Shown: positions 1-10,900 of the stretch, piece by piece
Layout of the letters: each line of letters begins with the position of its first letter
Position numbering within the stretch: position 1 is the stretch's first letter
Source: a virus
Reading direction: 5' to 3' (one strand)
Length of the DNA stretch: 64,000 bases
IMG/VR virus record: IMGVR_UViG_3300024265_000045
Span: 8,577 to 72,576 of that record
The notes under the pieces: generated by a model
Database searches by the model: none
What the model was told of the DNA's origin: nothing
What the model saw: only the letters and a program-made list of their open reading frames with translations
Position numbers and translations under genes: made by a program

Positions 1-388
1 TTACTATTCCATCTATATAACCAATAACTGGAATTCCAGCTATGTCAATTTCAAATTTAAACTCTGTTTTTTCCACTGTAAAGCTATCGTTATCTCTAGC
101 CCAGTCGAAATATCGCGGTAGAACAACTTGTAACAAATCCCACTCCTTGTCCAAGGATGAATCCAAAGTCATCTCTGCATCAGTCAAATGATCCATAGCT
201 ATCCGCATAGCTTCTTTATCATCTGCCGTTCTGTACCATTCATCCATTGCTTTATGGCAAGCAGAACCTTTAATTAGACCAACTCCAGCAACGGGAACAT
301 AATTTTTTACATATTTCCAAAAATATCTTTGCTTACATCTGCGCCAAGTTGACATACTTGTATGTGAAAATCTACGTGGTTTCGTCAT
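1..388 (-). CDS. PD-(D/E)XK nuclease, RecB/Cas4-like exonuclease (3' end outside window)
   Basis: Hand translation from ATG at 388: MTKPRRFSHTSMSTWRRCKQRYFWKYV...GSACHKAMDEW...EKTEFKFEIDIAGIPVIGYIDGIV. The S-S-W-C-Y, G-H and E...G-ID pattern is typical of PDDEXK_1. Not in the supplied ORF track. Confidence 0.8.
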   Translation of the reverse strand, partial: MTKPRRFSHTSMSTWRRCKQRYFWKYVKNYVPVAGVGLIKGSACHKAMDEWYRTADDKEAMRIAMDHLTDAEMTLDSSLDKEWDLLQVVLPRYFDWARDNDSFTVEKTEFKFEIDIAGIPVIGYIDGIV

Positions 389-719
389 CTATTTCTCCTA
401 CTCGAATTTTAATAAATGAATATTCTTTATTCTTATACACTCCCATATTTATTTCAGTATCTGGAAATAATTTGCCTAAAACTATTCCAATAATGAAATT
501 CATAAATGTTTTTCCAGCTGGGAGAAAAGCATCTTTTTCAGGATTGAATTCAGCAAAAGACTCAGCAATAATTTTGATAACAATATCTTGATCATCGAAT
601 CCAGAAGTTACATATTTTATTCTGGAGGTATGCTCAGATAAAGTTGAAAAATCATGTGATGGTTCACATACATAAATTGTATCAAACCAATCGCAATTTA
701 ATGAAGGAGCATCCATCAT
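372..719 (-). CDS. hypothetical protein (115 aa)
   Basis: Overlaps both neighbours, ATGA-coupled to the helicase stop. Confidence 0.6.
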   Translation of the reverse strand: MMDAPSLNCDWFDTIYVCEPSHDFSTLSEHTSRIKYVTSGFDDQDIVIKIIAESFAEFNPEKDAFLPAGKTFMNFIIGIVLGKLFPDTEINMGVYKNKEYSFIKIRVGEIDDETT

Positions 720-2578
720 TTATCCTCTGTGAAAAATTCTCGTAATTGTCCAGTTGTCAAAGCAAAACTGTTATTCTTTTTATACTCTAAAACTTTATGA
801 ATCACATGATCAATAGTCTGATTTCCGTCAAAAGTAACGGCAAGGGCGTGGAGTACATGGGGCGAGTGTTCTGTTCCAATACGTCTAATCCTGTGCAGGG
901 ATTGATAATAATCATCCCCATTGTACCCACGCTCTAAGTATAAGGCAGTTCTAGCAGCCGTCAGAGTAAATCCAAACTTCCCAACAGCTGGATGAGCTAT
1001 CAAAATATCAAGCTCTCCTGCCTGAAACTTCGTAACAATTTCTTGTCGTTGAATGGCTTTTGTTTTCCCCGTTAGACTTGCAACTCTAAACTTTTTCTTA
1101 GCTAAAATTTCTTCCAAGAAAACAGCAGTCTTGACAAAGTTAGTCCAAATAATCATCGGTAACTTCACATAACTTATAATCTCAGGAACCGCTTTCCACT
1201 TTGCTCCATCGTCCCTGCCGTCTACGAGTAATGGATTTGAAGCTATTTGAACTAATCGTAATAGTTGAGTTAATACATTTGGAGCAAGTACAACCTCCCC
1301 ATCAGGTAGAGTAGCTAAAAACTCAGTTTCCATTTGCAGATACATTTTAGTCTGAGATTTAGACATTGATATTTCCATATCCTCAATAATCCAATCTGGT
1401 AAATCCAAAACTTGATCTTGAGTTCTAGCCAAATAAATGTCTCTAAGATCGTTTAGTAAGTTTTTATTTGCTCCGGGTTTATTTCCAGTTATTTGATAAC
1501 CCCATTGATTCTGCAAAACATAACAATATCTGCCAGTAAATTTCCAGTATGAAGAAAATCTACGTAAGTCTAGTAAATTTAATTGTGACCAAAAGTCATC
1601 TATAAATTTACTAGATGGAGATCCAGACAATAGCCATACTCTGGATATATGTTTCGCTAAAAGTTTTAGTTTCTTGACTCGTTTAGTTTTCCTATTCTTA
1701 CAAAGTATAGACTCGTCAATAATCATAACATCCCAGTCGTATGATAAATATGAGTCTACATGCCTAACTGCCGTATCATAATTAGTTATTATCCAACGTT
1801 CGTCTCTAGTATCCCAAGTTGTTCTATGCCAGATTTCAGAATCTTCGTTAGTCCATTTTCTTATTTCATTTTGCCATGTACGAACTAGAGATAAAGGACA
1901 AATTATCAAAACACTCTTTGCGTTGACGGCAAGGGCTGCATCGATGGCGCAGCGAGATTTTCCAAGTCCAGGAGCAAGTCCAAGAAGAACTCTATTTCGT
2001 TTTACTAGAAAATTTACAGCTTCTGGCTGAAAATCCAAAAGAGTTGATGAATATTCATCAACTATTTCATTTTTTGCTTCATCTTCTTGTAGCCAAAATT
2101 CTACAGACTCACCTAGTGTAATTTCGTCAAAATTATCCAGAAGAGCATTTAATGAACCTCGATTCATTTTAGCTGTCCAGCAAAATTCTCCTTCTTGCCT
2201 TGTACCCCTAAATCCATATTCTTTGAGAAATGTAGTTGGATATATTTTTGGGAAAAATATCAACTCAGAACCTGATACTATTGCAAGTCCATCAGTCTTT
2301 TTCTTTGGAACAAATTCCCTGAGTTCGGGAATAATTACTTGATAATAATTTTCAAACTGACCATGATATTTCGGAAGAATTCGTTTAGCTATGTCATATT
2401 GTTTTGACGAAAGGTCTAATTGTTTCTCCAAAATTTGTTTAGCAAACGAAGTCATAATTGGAGCATCGATAGTATTAAATCCACGACCATTATCTTCTAT
2501 GGTTGTGCTGTTTAGTTGCTCTGTAGATGTTTGTTGATCGTATAAAAAAAGTATCTTTTGTAGAATTTCTCTATCCAT
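716..2578 (-). CDS. SNF2-family (SF2) helicase
   Basis: LLDFQ Q-motif, LAPGLGKS Walker A, IIDES Walker B, LSGSP motif III, GKFGFTLTAA and QSLHRIRRIG C-terminal motifs. Confidence 0.9.
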   Translation of the reverse strand: MDREILQKILFLYDQQTSTEQLNSTTIEDNGRGFNTIDAPIMTSFAKQILEKQLDLSSKQYDIAKRILPKYHGQFENYYQVIIPELREFVPKKKTDGLAIVSGSELIFFPKIYPTTFLKEYGFRGTRQEGEFCWTAKMNRGSLNALLDNFDEITLGESVEFWLQEDEAKNEIVDEYSSTLLDFQPEAVNFLVKRNRVLLGLAPGLGKSRCAIDAALAVNAKSVLIICPLSLVRTWQNEIRKWTNEDSEIWHRTTWDTRDERWIITNYDTAVRHVDSYLSYDWDVMIIDESILCKNRKTKRVKKLKLLAKHISRVWLLSGSPSSKFIDDFWSQLNLLDLRRFSSYWKFTGRYCYVLQNQWGYQITGNKPGANKNLLNDLRDIYLARTQDQVLDLPDWIIEDMEISMSKSQTKMYLQMETEFLATLPDGEVVLAPNVLTQLLRLVQIASNPLLVDGRDDGAKWKAVPEIISYVKLPMIIWTNFVKTAVFLEEILAKKKFRVASLTGKTKAIQRQEIVTKFQAGELDILIAHPAVGKFGFTLTAARTALYLERGYNGDDYYQSLHRIRRIGTEHSPHVLHALAVTFDGNQTIDHVIHKVLEYKKNNSFALTTGQLREFFTEDK

Positions 2579-2622
2579 TTTGGTCTCCGTGCATTAGGTC
2601 ATTCCAACACTACTGCTACTTT

Positions 2623-2667
2623 ATTATAACCCACTATGCGGTCGTTAACCTGTAAAAAATGTGTAAA
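2623..2667 (-). promoter_or_regulatory. TTTAC-box promoter of the helicase/nuclease operon
   Basis: Minus strand reads TTTACA-cattt-TTTACA-N22-TATAAT, the same architecture as eight plus-strand promoters. Confidence 0.75.
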
Positions 2668-2690
2668 AGGTGCGTCTAAATAATCTCGTA

Positions 2691-2730
2691 GGTGCGGGCT
2701 GCACCCCTATTAAATGTAGCAACCCGCACC
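2691..2730 (-). terminator. GC-rich hairpin closing the late operon
   Basis: ggtgcggg...cccgcacc stem directly after the holin-like gene; weak U-tract. Confidence 0.45.
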
Positions 2731-2742
2731 CCAAAGGGGAAG

Positions 2743-3018
2743 CTATTCGAGCTTTGCTAACAGCTCATGAACAACCTTAGTTCCTCTAGAAATTACAATT
2801 CCTGTAAGCACCGAGCCGATATATGGAATACTGAACGGCAGGTCCACTAGCTCAAACAGGTCAACGGGCAAGAATACGGCGACAGTGACTGACAGAAGGA
2901 TGGAAATAATGAGTGGAACATTAACTTCCCTTGTTGTTGTGTCATAAATCAGCTTGACGGTATTGATAACTGCCTCCAACAAAATACAAAGTATTAAAAT
3001 CAACGCAAACGAATTCAT
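2743..3018 (-). CDS. putative holin
   Basis: 91 aa, three hydrophobic segments, C-terminal GSVLTGIVISRG...VHELL motif, last gene of the tail module. Confidence 0.65.
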   Translation of the reverse strand: MNSFALILILCILLEAVINTVKLIYDTTTREVNVPLIISILLSVTVAVFLPVDLFELVDLPFSIPYIGSVLTGIVISRGTKVVHELLAKLE

Positions 3019-3030
3019 AATAAATCTCCT

Positions 3031-3345
3031 TTAATTTATGAATATATAATAAGCTGTAGAAATCACCAATGTGACTATTGCAGCTATGACAATCCATGCG
3101 AATTTATCCCATCTATTCAATGTCTTATTCACATACTTTATAATGGAGATAACTCCTTCTTCTCCATTTCCATACAGAGTCGTATTGTGCTTCTCTGCTA
3201 ATTCTACACCTTTTTCTAACAATTTCATTCTTCCATCCATTTCAGCATGTTCAACTTTATTCTGTGTTCCATCTCTACTCAGCTTATCTACTCCTATTTG
3301 AAGAACTGCCATAAGAGATTTTAATTCAGCATTTGTAGTCATCAT
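3031..3345 (-). CDS. membrane-anchored coiled-coil protein (XhlA/holin-like lysis accessory)
   Basis: Coiled N-terminus, LYGNG motif, single C-terminal TM helix, next to the holin. Confidence 0.5.
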   Translation of the reverse strand: MMTTNAELKSLMAVLQIGVDKLSRDGTQNKVEHAEMDGRMKLLEKGVELAEKHNTTLYGNGEEGVISIIKYVNKTLNRWDKFAWIVIAAIVTLVISTAYYIFIN

Positions 3346-3356
3346 ACTATCCTTAG

Positions 3357-3746
3357 TTATTTGAGGCTATCAGCTCTAATGTGTGGAAATCTGCTATTTC
3401 GTAATGCAATAACAATTGAAGCCATAGCTTTGAAGAAGTCAATTTCAGCTTTATCGGTAGAACTAAAATTTTTGTCAATTTGATTATGCGCTTCTTCTTC
3501 AGAGCATGTTCCCCAAAATTCGACAGCTTCGATAGTTTCATCTGCCGACTTTTTAATCTCAACAACAGTTTGCTCTTTATCCTGAGTATATTCTTTAAGA
3601 AATCGCTCACAAGCAGATTTTTGCTTTCGAGTCCAAGGCTTTTCTTTTGGATCAAGAATAATTTCCGGAGGATCACCACTTCTAACAGTAAGATAAGGTA
3701 TTTCTGCTTTATCTAATTGATCAGCTAACCATCCAATACTACTCAT
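3357..3746 (-). CDS. hypothetical protein (possible fibre assembly chaperone)
   Basis: Directly downstream of the tail fibre gene. Confidence 0.45.
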   Translation of the reverse strand: MSSIGWLADQLDKAEIPYLTVRSGDPPEIILDPKEKPWTRKQKSACERFLKEYTQDKEQTVVEIKKSADETIEAVEFWGTCSEEEAHNQIDKNFSSTDKAEIDFFKAMASIVIALRNSRFPHIRADSLK

Positions 3747-3747
3747 T

Positions 3748-5340
3748 TTACACCTCTATCCAACCTGACATGTTTGTTGCATACGGATCATCTATAGGAG
3801 CTCCTGGAGAATCTGCATAAATCGTTGCATTATTTCCTGCAGAAGTCCTACCGACCATTCGAGCATTATGATATCCTTGTCCAGGAAAATTTCTTCCGCT
3901 AACACTAAAAGATTTCATGTTTACACCAGAAAATGCAAATTGAGCATATCTCGGAAGAGTAATTCCATCAAAACCAATACCTGCATAAAAATCATCAGTT
4001 GCTTGTTCCCACGTTACATCCAATTGAAGTGAAACAAACCAGTTTTGAAATGGAGCTAGATAATGTAATTTATTGTCCGTACCTCCATTAAAATCAACAT
4101 ACGGAACACTACCTAAAACATATGATGTACTTGCTCCGTCTTTATTAAATGCTGGACATACAAACAATCTTTTTAAAATTCGATTGTACATATTGACAAC
4201 ATATCTGTAAACCTCAGTATCGATTATCTGACCTAGAGTAGATGTTGTACGAATAGATCCGAGATATCTCCGTGAGGGACTTCCGCTCTTCAAAAGAACC
4301 CCATCGTAAGCTCCAGTTCGAATGACCTCTGTTGTTCTTAGAGTAGAATGTGCCCAAGAAGCTACTTCCAAAACTTTATCTTCAGTAATAAATACGTCAA
4401 AATTTGTACCTGCTGCAAAAAGAGTTATGTCCAACATAAGAGCATCATCAGGAACTCTTAATCTATTCCAGCCATATTGAGTATCCTTGACATCTACTCC
4501 ATCTCCATTATATCTAGTATAGTATATAGCTCCAGAATATAAAGTGTTAGGTTCAATATTACCGGTAAGATTAACTTTATTCAAGTTCCGTTTAGCGTCT
4601 GATAAATTATTATGGAACGAATAGGTGAGATTATCAGCAGTTCTAACATAATAAATTTGATTTTGAGTCAATCCATTTCCTGTAGCTGAAACTTGAATAG
4701 CCTGACCAGTATTGTATAATCTAGCCACAGCGAAAGTAACTGTATCAGTCACAGCATGGTCAGTACTGGCAGGAGCAACAGCGTCAAGATCATCTCTTGT
4801 ATCGGGATTATCCCATAAAAGAGATAATCTACCTTGAGCTAGTCCAATTGAATTTAGTGGAGAAGTCACAAAATTATAGTCATCATATAGAGTGATATTT
4901 CCTGCCACATCAATATATACCTGCCAAAGTGGATCCTCCCAGTTTGCTAAATCAGTTTGATCCAGGGCAGGTGCAACAGGAACTGCTGCCTCAGCTCCTG
5001 GTGAACGCACAAGTCTAACAGTTTGAGTGGTTGGATTTTTAAGTAAAACAATCCTGTCCATTCTTGGATTACCAATAGGATTTGGAATAACTATATTTTC
5101 CGAAGCATCACTTTCATGTATTGTCCCATCAACTAATGATGCTCCAGTATCAATTGCAATTGGTGAAGTTGTATTTGTTGCTGCAAATTGATTCAAAAAT
5201 CCACGAATAGGTCCTCCCTTCTCTCTATTCGCAGATAACAAATATCTGTAAATCTTAGACTGCCATTCAGCCGAAGAATATGGAGCTTCAGTAGCATCTC
5301 CAAGAACTTGCCCATCCCAAGGATATGATCTTTGAGCCAT
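3748..5340 (-). CDS. tail fibre / receptor-binding baseplate protein
   Basis: N-terminal baseplate-anchor motif (GASLVDG...NPRMDRIVL...PLWQVYI), GRLSL...IYYTRYNG and RRYLGSIRT segments seen in phage fibres; synteny. Confidence 0.7.
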   Translation of the reverse strand: MAQRSYPWDGQVLGDATEAPYSSAEWQSKIYRYLLSANREKGGPIRGFLNQFAATNTTSPIAIDTGASLVDGTIHESDASENIVIPNPIGNPRMDRIVLLKNPTTQTVRLVRSPGAEAAVPVAPALDQTDLANWEDPLWQVYIDVAGNITLYDDYNFVTSPLNSIGLAQGRLSLLWDNPDTRDDLDAVAPASTDHAVTDTVTFAVARLYNTGQAIQVSATGNGLTQNQIYYVRTADNLTYSFHNNLSDAKRNLNKVNLTGNIEPNTLYSGAIYYTRYNGDGVDVKDTQYGWNRLRVPDDALMLDITLFAAGTNFDVFITEDKVLEVASWAHSTLRTTEVIRTGAYDGVLLKSGSPSRRYLGSIRTTSTLGQIIDTEVYRYVVNMYNRILKRLFVCPAFNKDGASTSYVLGSVPYVDFNGGTDNKLHYLAPFQNWFVSLQLDVTWEQATDDFYAGIGFDGITLPRYAQFAFSGVNMKSFSVSGRNFPGQGYHNARMVGRTSAGNNATIYADSPGAPIDDPYATNMSGWIEV

Positions 5341-5349
5341 AATAATCTC

Positions 5350-5811
5350 CTATACAAAATAACCAAAAATATCAACACTAACTGTAGCGACTGCTCCTTG
5401 AACTATCGCACATTTTAATCCTAAATTGCCTCCGCCAACTCCAACTAAAGCTGCATCATGTTCATCTACATAAATATTCGTGTAAAGTGTCGGTCCTGTA
5501 AGTTCAGCGTGAACGGCAGAAGGCATTACGTCGTTAGCGAGAGCATTATATCCGAATCCAAAAGAAGCTGTATCCATGTTGATAGAAGCATTGCGAACAA
5601 TTATTTGAGTTATAATACAATTAGCTGACAAGGGTACTAAAAATAAAGTCTGTTTCGTAACTATATTTAGATTTACATCGTCTGTAGACGATAGTAAAAT
5701 CTCCTGTAAAACTCCTTGATTAGTATCATGTTCCAATTGAGATAATCTTAAGGAAAGTTCAATGGTAGCTTGAACAACTTCCATAATACTTCTATGTATA
5801 TCGTTGCTCAT
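5350..5811 (-). CDS. minor tail protein
   Basis: Beta-rich ORF between hub and fibre genes. Confidence 0.5.
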   Translation of the reverse strand: MSNDIHRSIMEVVQATIELSLRLSQLEHDTNQGVLQEILLSSTDDVNLNIVTKQTLFLVPLSANCIITQIIVRNASINMDTASFGFGYNALANDVMPSAVHAELTGPTLYTNIYVDEHDAALVGVGGGNLGLKCAIVQGAVATVSVDIFGYFV

Positions 5812-7004
5812 AAGTCAGCAAATGCAAGAGCTAGGGCTTCTCCATCTTCATCGATAGTTCCACTAGCTCCAACTATCCTTTTATTTTTTGATAGTATTCC
5901 AGCCTTACCAGTTATTTTATCACCAAACCAAAAGTCATAACCGTATACACTGGACCTCTGTAACAGAGGAATAAAATCCATTCCTTCTTTAGCAGAATTC
6001 TCCGCTAGAATGACATCTCCGGCTGTCTCCATTTCTGAAGTATATCCATTTTTATTTCGTGATGATTCCATTCGATTCCATGGAGAGTCAGCTCTAGCAG
6101 ATATATCCGTTCGAGAAATAACCTTTTTTGTAGCTCCTTTGCCTTGACCTAAAATGAAAATCGTATTTATTTCTTTTGCTCTACGTTTGTAATAAGTCAT
6201 TGAGCGTATATTTGCATAACCGACAGAAAATATGACAGGAGCATTTCCAGCAGCATTGAGACCAGTAGTAGAATCCAAACCTACTATAGTTCTATCTTCG
6301 CCAAGTTGATCTATATATGTATTGAATACAAAATTAGCTCCATCAAATGTGACGTCAAAATCGATGGTTGCAAATATGGCAATATCAAATAAAACATCTA
6401 ATAATCTACTGTATCCTTCTTCTCCAGTCCAAATAACTCCTGCTCCAGTGGAAGCTGTAATAGTAAAATTAGGTAGAATACCCTCCTCTTTCCTACCATT
6501 GGCAATCGTAGCTTGATCTCCACAATTTTCAATCACATATTCTTTCATTGCTGTTTCTGATACATCTGATTTATATGCTTGAATTGTTCCATCCGGATAA
6601 GCAATTTTTGTTCTACCGAGTAAATGATTTAGGCAAAGACCCGATGAAATATATACAGTGTCTCCAGTTTCATCGGTGTCAATGTCGAAATCTCTATGTA
6701 GTCCTACAAACTCTGTATACCAGGAGTTTGATCTAGATCTGACACGTCTTCGTAATACAATCATACTATCCAGTTCAAAATCTTCAACATAAGTATCTTG
6801 ATAGTTTATTATGAGAACATAATCTCCTTGACCATCCAATACTTTCTTATATGTAAATAGTCTAAATGATGTAAATATATGGATAGGCTCGAAATTTTGA
6901 TTGTAAACAATTATCATATGCTCCGGTAAAGATACCGTCGGTGCAAATGCTTCAGGACCATAATAATCTAAACCGTATTCATCAACGCCATATCCACGGG
7001 ACAT
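5808..7004 (-). CDS. baseplate hub / Tal-like protein (ReqiPepy6 gp37-like)
   Basis: Follows Dit; ILGQGKG and YGYDFWFGDKIT motifs typical of this family. Confidence 0.75.
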   Translation of the reverse strand: MSRGYGVDEYGLDYYGPEAFAPTVSLPEHMIIVYNQNFEPIHIFTSFRLFTYKKVLDGQGDYVLIINYQDTYVEDFELDSMIVLRRRVRSRSNSWYTEFVGLHRDFDIDTDETGDTVYISSGLCLNHLLGRTKIAYPDGTIQAYKSDVSETAMKEYVIENCGDQATIANGRKEEGILPNFTITASTGAGVIWTGEEGYSRLLDVLFDIAIFATIDFDVTFDGANFVFNTYIDQLGEDRTIVGLDSTTGLNAAGNAPVIFSVGYANIRSMTYYKRRAKEINTIFILGQGKGATKKVISRTDISARADSPWNRMESSRNKNGYTSEMETAGDVILAENSAKEGMDFIPLLQRSSVYGYDFWFGDKITGKAGILSKNKRIVGASGTIDEDGEALALAFADL

Positions 7005-7013
7005 TTTTACATC

Positions 7014-7949
7014 CTAAAACCCATAGAATCTAGGATAGAAAGATAATGAAATAGATGTAACTCCAGCTACAGCTCCTGATGCAGTAACATTAATCACATT
7101 ATCTCCATCAGCGACGGCGGGGGCTACTTCGATACGGAACGTGGCTAGATCGCTTTCATCAAGATCTACTGTCCCTAACAAGTTGACTGAGAGTTGATTG
7201 TACACAAGTTTTTCTTCCGGAGTTAATTCTATAGTTACTGTTTCTCCAGTAGAAACAGCATAGTTTAATTTTATAGACTCATCTATATCTTGATTAGTAA
7301 TCAGAGGTGAATTACACGGTCCTTGCATGACTATTTTAGGATAACTTTCCCAAGTTCCAGGATTTCGAACTGTTATATCAGAATTAATTATAGTGGATCC
7401 AAAAATAATAGGAAATGTAATTGGAAATATTAGGTCATCAGTTGGAGTTAGAACCCACGTAGATGTATTTAGAGTAGGAGATAATGCAATAGGATCATCA
7501 GCTCTATATCTTATCGTATCCGTAAATCCAAATTCATCCCATTTGCGTGGATCTCTAGGAGCGAAAGCTGGTCCTTGCTCCACAAAAACTGCCAGATCAT
7601 ATACTACTCCTCCTGGAAGTCTTTTCCTTAGCGTAGCTGGTAGAACTTGCCCAGCCGGATGTCTGTTTGGACGAATAGCATCGAGAAGCTCCGCTCGTTT
7701 AGTCCAATAATCTTCTCTATCGCAAGCATCATATCTAACAATTTGCTGTATAATTCTAGGTCTGAGTCTATAATCTAATACAGTATCTCCGTGTTGTAAA
7801 GGTCCGCTCTGAGTTATAAACTCAATTGGAGGAGCTCCAAACCCTGTTTCCGAAACAACAAACTTGTACCAGTCATCAAATTTATATACTGTTCCATCAG
7901 CCCCTATGAGCTCAGTATAATCCTCAAAATAACTTTGCTTCTTACCCAT
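7014..7949 (-). CDS. distal tail protein (Dit)
   Basis: Immediately after the tape measure; GFGAPP, ADDP, IFPITFPIIFG, NPGTWESYPKI...GP motifs. Confidence 0.8.
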   Translation of the reverse strand: MGKKQSYFEDYTELIGADGTVYKFDDWYKFVVSETGFGAPPIEFITQSGPLQHGDTVLDYRLRPRIIQQIVRYDACDREDYWTKRAELLDAIRPNRHPAGQVLPATLRKRLPGGVVYDLAVFVEQGPAFAPRDPRKWDEFGFTDTIRYRADDPIALSPTLNTSTWVLTPTDDLIFPITFPIIFGSTIINSDITVRNPGTWESYPKIVMQGPCNSPLITNQDIDESIKLNYAVSTGETVTIELTPEEKLVYNQLSVNLLGTVDLDESDLATFRIEVAPAVADGDNVINVTASGAVAGVTSISLSFYPRFYGF

Positions 7950-10900
7950 TATTTTCTCACAGCAGCTAGGGCAGCTTGAACATCATAGTATATACTTGCA
8001 GAAGACTGTACATTTTTATATGTTGGATTTATTTCGAGTTGAGTGCGCTGATCAAAGGTTTGGGTAGTCTGACTTTGATCAAGATCCAGTCTTGGAGACG
8101 GTGGGAGAAATCCTGGTGCTGAAATTTGAGGAGCGGCTTGAGCAAATACAGGCTGACTGATCTGAGTACTCAAAGCATCTTCGGCTAAGAATAGCATAGA
8201 CCTCATTGTCTGCCGTATCATAGTTTCTAATAGAGGAGCTGTTTTCTCCATTCCTTGAACCATACCTGTGATCCAGTCAGATGATAGAGTAGCAAATTTC
8301 TTAGACGGAGATCTTGAACCAGTAATTTGAGCGACAAGATCAAGAGCTTGAAATATAAGCTCCCGAAGAAAATCCAAAATTAGATAGGCTTTATCGTATA
8401 TACCTTGAAGAATGCCAAGCATAAGATTCCTACCCATCTGCTTGAAGGTTTCTTGATATTCTCCAAATATTTTTATGAGACGATCGATAAACATGATGAA
8501 TTCCCATAACTGTTCTCCAGCAAAATTAAGGATTGCTCTGCCAATCTGTTGAATTAATGAACCTGTTACATCATACATTTTAGGTTCATTATTACTTATC
8601 CCGTCAATCCAAACTTGCATCCAGTCATCAAACCATTCTCCTAATGCGAACATTCCTTCTATAAAAGATCGTAATAATTCTTTAGCAAACTCTGTAAAAA
8701 GATCTAGTATAGAGTCTAATCCATCAGAGATAATTTCAATTAATGATCCAAGTATATCAGGATATTCGTCTAACCTTTTCAATTGTTTCTCAAAATTTTT
8801 CATGGCAAGTCCAACAAGAATAAATGGAGTCAATAGGAAGAACATAGCTGTTGCTACTGAACCAATCGCAGTTGTCAAGAGAGGAGATACTGTAAAGGCT
8901 TTTCGAAGTAAGAAAATAGCTCCAACAACTTTTAAAATTGTTGGAAGATTTTCTAAAAGTATCGTAATGAACTTCTCGAATAATTCTCCACCGTCAGTCT
9001 CAAGCCAGTCTGTAAAATCATTCAATGCAGGTATTATATCTTCTGTCAAAGTTTCACTAAAGTCTTCCAGGAATGAAATTATATTAGGTCCACTTGCTAA
9101 AAGTTTTTCAGATAAACCAACTATTAGCTCTCCTACAATATCCAACAAAGAACCTGTTGTATCAACACCAACTCCTAATAAAGCTTCAGAGGCAATTCCA
9201 GCTATTTCCTTCAGTAATCTTGTAATGTCAGGTCCATACAGCTCCCAAAATTCCAACAAATTTCCCCAAGCTTCTTTCAAATCTTCTACAAATTCATCCC
9301 ATGCTCCAGAAATTTTTGTATACCAGTCTGACTCAACGATATCAGCTACTAACTCATCTATGTTACCAAATAAATCAAGCTTCTCAATGTCTTCACCGAA
9401 TTTATTCCAATCTTCAAAAAAAGTTCCAAATAATTCTTCAAAAGACGGCAAGGAGGCTGTAAATTCCGCCCACATATCATCCATTTCTCTACCGATAATT
9501 TCGGACAGTCCTACAATAGTTTCTTGTAACGATGCGTCTAAATCAGCCCCCAGATCGTCGAAAGATGATGGATCAAACTCAAATCCCATAAATTCTAAGT
9601 CAGTTTTTTCTCCCTCAATTGTTCTAATCATTTGTTTTCGTATTTCATTCTGAGCTATAAGTATGTCAAGTAAAGATTTCTCACCAGTAACTCTTGAGCT
9701 AAGAATATCTTGTTCAGTTTTAGCAATAGAAAGAGCAGCATTCTTCAAAGCCATTTGTTCATCTTTAGCAGCTTTTAGCTTATTTTTCGCAGAGGCTATA
9801 GCCACGCCCCGCTCTACTTTTGTCTGCCGTATCTGTCTCTGAAGTATAATGTCACGTTTTTCTAACTCAAGAGTTGTTCGTTCTTCATCTGTAAGTCTTA
9901 AAGTAGTTAGAGCTTGCTCTATTTCTTGAAGTCTGGTATTTTCTTCAAAAACCTTCCTGTTATCGCCTAATTGATTTTCTAAACTCTGTAAAATATCATC
10001 ATAATACCGAGTTGTATCATTCAATTCATCCTGAGCTTTCGTCACTTGTCCAGTGATTATAGCGTAATCTCTCATAATGGGTAGAAGTCTAGAATTAAAT
10101 CTTTCTGAAACATCTATCAGGTTCTGAACGTTTTGAATAGCTTCTCCAAAAACAACTACAGTCTGTTCTCCAGTAAAGCTCAATGCTCTTTGAACCATAG
10201 TCAGAGTATTAGTCGCTTTAGTGAGTAATACTGTATTTCTTGTATATCGAGCAAATAAATTGGAAGCTTCTCCAATCTTATCAGATAAGTCTTCAAACGC
10301 ATCTTTAGCTACATCTCCAGTTTCTCCAAAAGCAATTATGACTACTTTTAATTGTTCTAAACTGGCAATGGCTATATCTCCAGAGGCAGCTAACGCAATC
10401 TCATCTATAGCTGTTGATCGTAAGAAAGATCTAAATGTTCCAATTAATGCTTCAAGTGGTCCAAAATCAACTCCAACCCATCCATCTAAATATACTTGAG
10501 CTGCTGCTTGACCCCATGCTGCAAGTTCTGGAAGAAACTTTGGAGGACTTCCAGGCTTTAACCATTCAGTCAATACTCTAGTCAAAAAGGATAGAGCAGA
10601 AATAACCCCGGAAGCTCCTGTCACAATTCCTTGTGCGAAAGACATAGTAAAGTCTATGCCCCACCCGAAAGTCTTACTAGACAATATTTTGAAGAAATTT
10701 TCAAATGTTTTATCCGGAGCAAGAAATTCCTGAAAAGCTGTAATACCTCGAGCTAAAAATTGAATTAGATTACGAACAAAGTGAACTACAGTAAGAACGG
10801 CTCTGGCAACATCTAAAGTCGTCGGTGCTGCAAGTCCCAAATAAGTTAGAAAAATTTGCATTGCTGGTATCAAATCATTTATTAAAGCCTGATAAATTTC